A stretch of 63,190 nt of DNA, the filler included, from Rhabdomonas costata (lineage: Eukaryota): the NCBI GenBank assembly GCA_019059605.1. It is 54 parts of 54 records of this genome, joined end to end, with 100 filler letters (N's around TTAATTAATTAA, not from the genome) between each part and the next. Parts side by side here need not be neighbours in the genome. Positions count along the whole stretch, not along the records: positions 36,335 to 37,406 come from JAHMHO010030120.1; positions 37,507 to 38,578 come from JAHMHO010030121.1; positions 38,679 to 39,750 come from JAHMHO010030122.1; positions 39,851 to 40,922 come from JAHMHO010030123.1; positions 41,023 to 42,094 come from JAHMHO010030124.1; positions 42,195 to 43,270 come from JAHMHO010030125.1; positions 43,371 to 44,442 come from JAHMHO010030126.1; positions 44,543 to 45,614 come from JAHMHO010030127.1; 46 more parts are not named here. One strand, given 5' to 3'. This document shows, piece by piece, positions 37,381-46,332 of this stretch. Positions within the stretch are counted from its first letter, which is position 1; every line of letters starts with the position of its first letter. A program made the translations under genes and the position numbers. The notes under the pieces are model-generated. The model ran no database searches, was not told the DNA's origin, and was given only the letters and a program-made list of their open reading frames with translations.

Positions 37381-38678
37381 AAAAACCACTAAACTCACCC
37401 AACACANNNNNNNNNNNNNNNNNNNNNNNNNNNNNNNNNNNNNNNNNNNNTTAATTAATTAANNNNNNNNNNNNNNNNNNNNNNNNNNNNNNNNNNNNNN
37501 NNNNNNGTGGTGGTGTTGTCCTCGCCCTCTGCGTCACTGTCCTTCCTTTTCCACTGAATATCTCGAAGCCTTTTCCGCTTTGCTTTCTCCTCCCCACGTG
37601 CCGAGCTTTTCTGAAGGGAGAGAGGGGAGGGGAAGAAATAGGGAGAAGTAGAGGTCCCTTCTGCGATACTCACAGGATCACCTGTTGCCTGCAAGGACCT
37701 GTCCGAAGCTTTGAACAGGCTATTCCAGGTCACTGGGGCACGCGCCCCCCTCATGTCTGCATCGACTTACCAGGTTCGCTTTTCACCCGTGCCCTCATTT
37801 TCATTTCTTATTCTTTTTCCGTTGTGCCTTCCCCTCGCAGCCCAATCAGAGCCCTTGCAGCTCATTTTCCGCATACTGGGTTTGGCGGTGGCATGGTACA
37901 CCCAGATAAGCTTCCTCCAACCGGGCACGTGCTCGAGAGAAAACCGACAGAGTTACCCTTTTTAACCACAACCTTAGAAACTCACACTATGTCCGCCTGC
38001 GTCAGTCCTGTCTTTCTTCCTGTTGTCCTACACCTCGTTTCTCCCTCGCAGTCATTTACATGCATTACCCCTTGTGATTGTGGGACGCGCAGGATAAGGT
38101 GGCTGAGGCCACGGTTTCACTCCAGCGGCTGTTCTCCAGGACTCACCCCAAACTGGTCGAGGCGTGGGTTACCCCGTGGGACGAGACCCACACCACGCAG
38201 ACAAAGCTCTCTGAGGACCGTCTCCGGTGCCTTATTATGGGTCCGCAGCCCTAACTCCAATATAACCCCCCCCCACCGCACCCTTCACACACACATGAAG
38301 GCATAGGAAGGCACAAAGGCGGGGCGAGCATGCATGTGCGGTGTGGTTGATATCATGCACGCTGCATGTGTGCGCGTCGGGAAACCCGGCTCCGCACGGA
38401 TTTCATGCCGGCGGTGGTGTTCCAGATCTGTGACAGACCTGGAACACACCACCCCCGTGCTCGCGCGCGGAGAGGGTGCGCTGATCCCGAGCGAGCCGCA
38501 CACAGGACTCAGGACGTACATTGTGGCGGCTCACGCACGCGTACACACACGCACACACACACACACACAACAACCAACNNNNNNNNNNNNNNNNNNNNNN
38601 NNNNNNNNNNNNNNNNNNNNNNTTAATTAATTAANNNNNNNNNNNNNNNNNNNNNNNNNNNNNNNNNNNNNNNNNNNN

Positions 38679-39750
38679 GGGTTTTGTGTCATCTGCCGTC
38701 GTCTCGGCGTCAGTGCCCGCACAGCTGGCCGGAAGCATGGTTAGTGCCGCCCGCAAGGCCAGCAGAAGGTCCGCCACCGACGCCCTTCCCAGGGAGAGCG
38801 CCAGAAAGCAGGCCACCGCCTTTGCCCGGCGCCTGCGGCGGGTTTGCGAGGATCGGGAGACCTCACCGAGATAGGCTCGCAGCTGGTCCAGCGCTACGTC
38901 CAGCTGGGGCGTGGCGGAGGTGAGGCAGCCGCATGGGAGCTTCAGCAGGAATAGGTAAAGCACCTGCAGCTTAGACTTCTGGAAGCGATGCCTCCGGTCG
39001 GGCTTGCTGATGAGCTTCTGCAGGGTGCGGGTGAGCTCCGCTCCACTCTGCAAAGCGAAAAATGCCGAAGGCTGCCAATGCCGCCTTTCTTCGCGGAAGG
39101 ATGACGCGAAAGTTCTTCACCTATTTTGGTCAACTCTCCAAGAATCACTACGATTTGTCGAGTAACCTCCACAGGTTGTATTGTCCACTCGCTTGTCGGT
39201 TTGACGACACTCTACACAAATGCAATGCATCACTCCACGAGAATAGTTTCACAATGGGAATCCTCACTTTGCTAACGAGGCCAGAGAGGGCCAAGGGGGC
39301 GTTCCGAGAAAGCTTGTGGGAAACACAAGTTTGAACCGAAAACCAGAAGCCAAAAGCTGGGCTAAAATATCACAGCCTGTAAGAAGACGCACGGAGACGG
39401 ACAAGCCGTGACCTGGGGGCATTCTGTGTCCGCACAGGACGACTGCACCGTGCCGCTGAAGGTGGGGCCGCTGCGACTGTAGAACGACCTCACCCGGCAC
39501 TGCACTTCCAGGGCGAATGACAGCAAAGCAATCCTCAGGTGGGTCCTCCCCAGGAAGGACAGCAGGGCGCTGGGCAGCTGGCGGCTCACTGCGGCAACCT
39601 GAAACATCGCGCTGAAGGCTCGGCCCAAAACCGCCTCATCGGTGAGGTCAATGACACCAGCCTCCTCTTCTTCCCCAGAGGGGTTCTCAGAGGAAGAGGG
39701 ACCAGAGGCTTGGCTGGAGGCTGCTCGTGGCTGATCCCCCACCCCCCACC
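38679..39750 (-). CDS. Large helical protein, partial, possibly HERC-like N-terminus (exons contig end-39494, 39047-38679)
   Basis: Phase-0 GT-AG intron. AVACFLALSLGRASVADLLLAL resembles the HERC1/2 L.L...RGSL..LL helix. An acidic VIDLT SIM-like motif is present. Confidence 0.5.
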
Positions 39751-40175
39751 NNNNNNNNNNNNNNNNNNNNNNNNNNNNNNNNNNNNNNNNNNNNTTAATT
39801 AATTAANNNNNNNNNNNNNNNNNNNNNNNNNNNNNNNNNNNNNNNNNNNNGGGTGTTTTGCTGGCATTGGGGGCGGCAGTGGTGGCGGCGGTGTGGGTGA
39901 CGTCGTCAAGACTGCTAGCGATGCGACTTATTTTTGACTTCGGTTAGAGATAAGAAAAAAGATAGAGGAATAGAAGCAGGCATGAATGAAAACTTGGAAA
40001 CAGAAAAGATGTCCCTCGCATACACGCGCGCTGCCTGGGTGCTCCCACGATGGACCCTATAGCTCTGTTGGGTGCAGAGTTTCTCGCACTACTTTGATGA
40101 AGTATTCGTTGTTACCCAGCAGCCTGCTGTTTGGAACAGGTTCCATTTCCGTGCCTGTGGGGTTTTCTTTCGCAG

Positions 40176-40736
40176 AGGACGCCCAGTGGCTGAGGTGCCT
40201 TCTCGGCGGTGTCACCGACGCCCTGCTAGTGGGTGACCACAGCCTTCAGGTCCGCGGAGTAAGCCCAGCGGCGGCGCAGCTGTTCGGCTACGCAGACTCT
40301 GCTGCGCTGCTCGGGCGCCATCTCCGAGAACTTATCCAGGTCTCATTGCATGAGTAGGATAAAGGCGTTGACGACTGAACTCGCACACTCGGTCGCTCCC
40401 TCCTTGCGTTTCCTGCCGCCGAGGTATCATTTCAGTCCTAACACCGTCTCTGATCATGTGACCTCTTCAGTTCTGAAGTCATCCGTTTTTTTGCTGATGT
40501 GGCCGGGCCACTTTCTATGCTTCAGTTTCTGGCATACCGTTGTGCTCCAATGCACTTACCCGTTGCTGCCGGTACGCTTTCTGCCATGGGCCGGGTGCAT
40601 CCCGAGCATTCTTTCTGTCTTTGCAACTCCTTGTGATTCAGATTCCAGAGCTCGGCTTGTCGGATCAGCTGCGATGCGAGCAATCTGTGGTGGGGCGGCT
40701 AAGCGACGGCTCTGCGGTGCAACTTGAGATGGCATT
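40176..40736 (+). CDS. PAS-domain protein, partial (exons 40176-40339, 40642-40736)
   Basis: LLGGVTDALLVGDHSLQVRGVSPAAAQLFGY...LLGRHLRELI|...VVGRLSDGSAVQLEMAL, a PAS core plus PAC motif. Confidence 0.82.
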
Positions 40737-41022
40737 GTGCGTGAAAAATACCTTCTGGGGCAGGTTGCGTGCACCCGGACTCTGCCCTCGCAACCTTTCT
40801 GACAAATCCCACCTACCCAGCGCCAACCATCCAAGGTAATTAAGCAGAATGCCCTAGTCCGCATACCACGTTTCCTGGAGTAGTCGATTCGTCTTCCTGG
40901 TCCCCCTTGTCCCCCACACACCNNNNNNNNNNNNNNNNNNNNNNNNNNNNNNNNNNNNNNNNNNNNTTAATTAATTAANNNNNNNNNNNNNNNNNNNNNN
41001 NNNNNNNNNNNNNNNNNNNNNN

Positions 41023-42094
41023 GGGCTTTTGGCGGGCACAACGGAGGGAGAAGATAGGGCGCTGGAGGGGACAAGGCTCTTCATGCTTGCACTTAGCTGG
41101 GAGACGTCCTGCATCAATTCAGGGTGGCTTCCAGAGTCCAGGGCAAAAAGTTGGGTCTCCACGGTTTTGCCCTTCATCTTAAACGATCCACATGGAACGA
41201 GGCTCAAACTAGAGCTCATACGGGACGCTGTGGCGTCACAAACCAGTAGAGGCTGCAGCAGCTTGTCGCACATCGACTGCACACGGGCCGCTGTATTGAT
41301 AGTGTTGCCCATTAGCGTGTAGTCGCATCGCCTGCTGCCAATGGGGCACATCAAAGCCTTTCCAAAAGCCACCCCAAGGCTGACGTGGAATAGAGACTTC
41401 GGGTCAGTAGGAGCAGAGGCCATCCGCACACCCCGGACATCGGTCAGAATAGAAACAAGACAGCGAGAAAGGCCAGCGGGATTGTCACGAGGGAAATACG
41501 CCAGCACTCCATCTCCAATGAACTTGCAAAGCTCCCCTCCATTTTCCAGGACACGGTTAGCACAAATCTCGGCATAGGTGTTCACAACGTCAACTGCAGT
41601 CGCCAAACCATGGACCTCAAGCAGCTCGGAAAAGCCGCAGGTGTGAGTAAAGATTGCAAAAATCTCAACTTGGCGCGAGGGAAGGGCAGAAGGGTCTTGC
41701 TCTAGGAGCAAGGCATTTGCCACAACTTGAGGAAGGAAACTTTTCATGGCGTTCATGGCTACCCCCAGCCGCTCCACGGTGGCGCAGAGGGGTCCAAACG
41801 AGGTCAGGGCAGTAATCTCATGGATCTGCGGATCCCACTCGGGGTGTTTACGCTCCACCGTTGGCCGGTGCAGCAGGAGAGTCACTCTGTGGATGGCGGG
41901 ATCCTCCTGTGCCCTGGTGTAGGTTGCGAACAGGAACGGCTCTCTCCCCTCCAATGTGCAGAAGAGCATGGGGTGGGCATAGATTGTGGTCCCCGTGACG
42001 CCGTTTTGGGCGTGGCCAGCCCCAAGACGCTCAATCAGGTTGGAATGCTCTTGGGCCGAGAGCTTCATTTTGACCTCAACCACAAAGAGAGTGC
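41023..42094 (-). CDS. Photoactivated adenylyl cyclase (PAC)-like protein: degenerate BLUF domain + class III nucleotidyl cyclase; open at both contig ends
   Basis: BLUF-like part: NGVTG..IY....FCTLEG.E......Y.R.QEDP...R.HPEW. Linker: SFLPQVV...DP.ALP. Cyclase: GGELCKFIGDGVLAYF, SLGVAFG, DYTLMGNTINTAARVQS, KMKGK. Collinear with bPAC and with the Euglena PAC F1-C1 unit. Confidence 0.88.
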
Positions 42095-42673
42095 NNNNNN
42101 NNNNNNNNNNNNNNNNNNNNNNNNNNNNNNNNNNNNNNTTAATTAATTAANNNNNNNNNNNNNNNNNNNNNNNNNNNNNNNNNNNNNNNNNNNNTTGGGG
42201 GCCTTTTGGACTCAGTACTTCGTCATTGAGGGCAAACTGTCCTGTTTTTCTGCTGTTTTTCTGGAGAGTCCGCTGGTAAGCGAGCATTGACTTTGGTTAT
42301 CATTGCTGTTTCATGTGAAACGGCAGTTTAATACAGCATTCTGAGATGGAAAAAACCCCTGGCACCCCGCCGCTCGGCCGTTCGTGGACAGAATTAGACT
42401 GTTTTTGTGGTTGAACGGTTGTGTATTGTCTTGCAGCGCACACGTTTTCCTGTGTTTTTTCCGTTCCATCGGTGCAGAATTACTTGTTGTTTGGTTGACC
42501 CAGCCTTTTGTGACAGTTTTGCGCTTTTGGTGCGGTATGAACGTCGTTATAAATGGCCCGTATGCAGTCGAAAGCCACCCCTTTCTCGAAAAACTCATGA
42601 ATTAGTGCCGCTAAGTCAATTTATTGTGCGTGTGCTGCTTAAAAATCACCTTTTTCGAAAAATAAAAATCAAG

Positions 42674-42842
42674 ACAACGTTTTGCAAAACTGGATTGAAC
42701 ACCCCCCCTCTCCCCCAGTCATGGTCAATGTTGGGGCATATCGGTACTTTGTCATAGGGAGTTCATTGCTGCCGGGACGAATTTTCAACATTGACGTATT
42801 GGGGTGAAAGGGGGGTGTTCAATATGTTTTGCAAAACGTTGT
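42674..42842. repeat. Imperfect ~57-bp inverted repeat (MITE/foldback-like)
   Basis: acaacgttttgcaaaac..attgaacacccccc..gtcaatgttg versus caacattgac..ggggggtgttcaat..gttttgcaaaacgttgt. Confidence 0.75.
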
Positions 42843-43960
42843 ATTTGGGGTGGAAGGCTGGAATTGGCTGTTTTTGAGGGGTTTCGGGGTGTATTTTGGG
42901 CGCATTTCGGGTGTTTGCCTGCGGCGTCGCATGGCTCCGTGCCAGCCGCCTACAAAGGCATTATTTTGACACAAAAGGTGTGCTGGAGCACTTCTGAAGG
43001 TCCGATTTTAGCCAGAAAGACCTGGTCCAGCCCGCAAAAGCCCATTAGAGGAATGGGCTCCAGAAGGTCCATTTTAACCCTAAAAAGTGGTCCGACAATA
43101 ACTCAGGTGAGCTACTCTGACTCGTATTAATGTCATTCGGTTGTATGACGGAGGCCTACCGTTTCACACATTTTTCACCGCGAAACAGGACGTATAACAG
43201 TTCCGGAAAGTGATAAAAGGCTGAATTTTAGAGGTTTTCCCCAGTCAGAAGGGACAGAACGCCCCCCCCCNNNNNNNNNNNNNNNNNNNNNNNNNNNNNN
43301 NNNNNNNNNNNNNNTTAATTAATTAANNNNNNNNNNNNNNNNNNNNNNNNNNNNNNNNNNNNNNNNNNNNGAAATTACTGGTGCGGCCCGCAGGGTTGGA
43401 AGGGCGTGGTTAGGTTCCATACAAGGTTCTCGTGCTGAAACGGAATGGTTTTAGGTCATTCATTGCGGTTTTTCTTTGACTTGCCACCGAACGTTGTCCA
43501 CGTTTTTAGTTTGTGTGGTGTGCTCTCTGGAGCAGTAACTTTTTTGTATTTTCAAATTTTGAAAGCTGGAGACAGAAAGAGACAGATTGGGGCTTGGTCT
43601 GTTCCCTCCCCCTCCTGGTGACAGTGTTTACTATCGTCTGTCGACATTTACGTTTTTCTGTCGTCTTTCTTTGATTTACTGTCGTCTTTCCGGTATCCCG
43701 CACAGGACGTGACCATCCGCACTCTCTCTCACCTTGACATTATCAGAAAATGCATCAAAGAACAACATCGCTCCATTAAATTAGCCCCTTGCAATGACAC
43801 TCACCGATTATGACTTGGCACCTCGGATCTTGGTCTGCCACGAATATGAATGGTCAGTGATCAGAGAAGCTACCGGGGGCGGCGCGAAGTGCGGTAAGGC
43901 AAGCCGCACTTTGGAAAGAACGGGAGAGGGGAAAACACTGTCCCTGACCACGTGTCTCAG

Positions 43961-44389
43961 GTTGCCACGGCCTTCGAGGGCACCAGTCGGTTTGCCCGCC
44001 TGCGCAGCGTGGAGGTGTCAGTGGTGGGTCGTCGCGCCTACCTCAGGTTCTGCAGCTCCACCGGGGACGCCATGGGGATGAACATGGTCCGACAGTTTTG
44101 TGAATACGGGTGCATGTGGGTGGGTGTCGATGTGTGAATCCAAAATAACGTGTGGGCACGAAGACGCATTTGTGAAAGACAAGAGTTCGCGAATTGAAAC
44201 CTGTCGTGCGAGGCATTTCCAGTTGTGACGCATCTCGTAAACATCAAGTTGTAGATTAGTGTAGGTGCAAGAAGCAGTGGGTTAACTGAAAGGTTAAGAT
44301 TGAGTTGTGGTGGTTCGTCATCTTCAGTGAGTTCATTTTTTTTGCAGGTGACTAAAGCGACCACCGCTGCGCTGGAACGGATTCAGAAG
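43961..44389 (+). CDS. HMGR: Class I HMG-CoA reductase, partial (exons 43961-44086, 44348-~44389)
   Basis: [14 protein letters not shown]...GRRAYLRF...[13 protein letters not shown] contains the diagnostic DAMGMNM NADPH-binding motif. Confidence 0.95.
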
Positions 44390-45126
44390 GCATGGCTGCG
44401 TTCAGGACACAATCCAAAACCCCTATCCCCACCCCCCCCACANNNNNNNNNNNNNNNNNNNNNNNNNNNNNNNNNNNNNNNNNNNNTTAATTAATTAANN
44501 NNNNNNNNNNNNNNNNNNNNNNNNNNNNNNNNNNNNNNNNNNGTTGGGGGTGCTTGGGATGCCGCAGTTCACTAGAAGGACCAAACGGGGGAAAGGCGGA
44601 AAATAATCTCTTTTTAGTGTTCAACGTTCCACGCCAGAGGAGGGTGAGAGAACGTCCGGATGTGTAAGTTTCTTACCAAACAAATCAAAGGGACAACACT
44701 ATCAGCTCCCGGATATCGAGGAACTGCGGGGAACAGGCAACCAATACGGCACCAGGAATTCAAGTGGTTGCGTTGAAGGACTTTGGTTTTCCGCATCCCC
44801 CTTCTGCAGCCGCTGTGACCAACTATGGTGAGTCTTGGATTCCGACCGGCTTCCGGCGGCTGCGTGCTAAACTCCCGAATGGATGTGGAGTGGCCGAATA
44901 TGCAAAACGATGCGAAGAAATATCTAAGGCCTGAATGAAGACAGCAAAAGGCAGTCACACAAAGCAACACAATGTGTCATGCACGTGCAGAATCGCCCAA
45001 AGTCGCAACAAACCGGGAACAGTCCAAAAGAATAGAAGGGTACCAGTACGCGTGACGTGTGGAGAACGTGAACACGACAAAAAGGTCCGCAAAGCGAGAG
45101 CCAAACTAAGGACAAACCAAACGCAC

Positions 45127-45605
45127 CCACGCAGCTGCCCGTCTGGGCCCAAGTCCCCTCAGACCCGCAGGTCAGCGTGCCGCTCCCCGAGTACCCCGTG
45201 CTGCAGTTGTACGCGCAGGAGCTTCCCGTCGTGGTTCCCGAAGGGCACGACGGGGTGTTCGCGTTGGTGGGCGTGCTTGGAATGCCGCAGTCCGCTAATG
45301 CAGCATCACAGCAAAAGTAATGGCATAGCTTCTATCGGGCACCGAATCCGAGTGAAGAAAGGCACAACCCTTGCAAGCACTTTCCTCCCGATCAACTTCG
45401 CCGGTTACCAAGACGTAAGGGAAGACACCCTGACGTTTCCTAAACTGGGATTTGGTCGGCGAAATGGGCGGAGAAAGGCACTGAACACAACGGAGGCGAT
45501 GCACAGAGCGAGAAGAACCCCGCAAACACAAAGGACACCAGCGTGCACAAGCCGACTTCCAGCAAAACGTACCCACACAGTTGCCCGTCTGGGCCCACGT
45601 GCCCC
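45127..45605 (-). CDS. Tandem Sushi/CCP-domain protein, partial (exons ..-45573 and 45294-45127; not in the ORF track)
   Basis: DCGIPSTPTNANTPSCPSGTTTGSSCAYNCSTGYSGSGTLTCGSEGTWAQTGSCV. The preceding exon ends GTWAQTGNCV. Both introns are phase 1. Confidence 0.85.
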
Positions 45606-46203
45606 CAAACCACANNNNNNNNNNNNNNNNNNNNNNNNNNNNNNNNNNNNNNNNNNNNTTAATTAATTAANNNNNNNNNNNNNNNNNNNNNNNNNNNNNN
45701 NNNNNNNNNNNNNNTGTGGGTGTGTTTGGTGGGGGGGGGAATCGCCCAGACCTGGAGTCGGACCTCCCGAAGGTGATCTCCGGCAATGCCTCAGATACTA
45801 CGTTTGCTCGCGGAGCGGGTCGGGTGCACGTTAGGTAATGCTGGCGAGCGGCCTACCATGAAGAAGGGTGCCGAAACAAGACACACCAACCAGCTGGGGG
45901 ATACGAAACCCAATTCTCGGACCAGGGCAGGGGGGGGGGTCACCACGTGGTAATACAAACAAGCATGTGGAATAGAGCCCACTACAAAGTTAAGCTCTCC
46001 AAGCTCTTCACCTGTCTTTTGACAACACTGCACCCGCTGGAGTCAATGCCAATATTGGAATGGAGGAGAAACGCATTAGCCAGCACTGATTGATTGACTG
46101 ACTGAAGACTAAAGACTGACAGGATGCCAGCTGACCGCATATGCACGCCAATACCACCACCAACAGGACAGGAAGACCGCAAGAGGGGGGGGGGCACACC
46201 CAC

Positions 46204-46332
46204 CTCGGACGCTTGAAAAAGCGGAGGCAGGATCAGTCCCATCCCCGTGAGCACCGGGACATCCTCCAAAGGAACCTCCTCCAGAAGGTGGGTCTGCACG
46301 TCCGTCTCCACGTGAACAACCCGAAGGCTCCG
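46204..46332 (-). CDS. Exon of unknown protein
   Basis: cag/gt-flanked 129 bp: RSLRVVHVETDVQTHLLEEVPLEDVPVLTGMGLILPPLFQASE. Confidence 0.4.

Noticed and set aside
40176-42094. PAS + PAC as one operon or one gene
   Set aside because: They are separated by an artificial spacer and lie on opposite strands, so the adjacency is meaningless.
44935-45666. 243-aa plus-strand ORF and similar long GC-rich ORFs (e.g. 51803-52510, 55589-56215)
   Set aside because: Antisense or intron read-through frames without domains. The real gene at 45127-45605 is on the minus strand.
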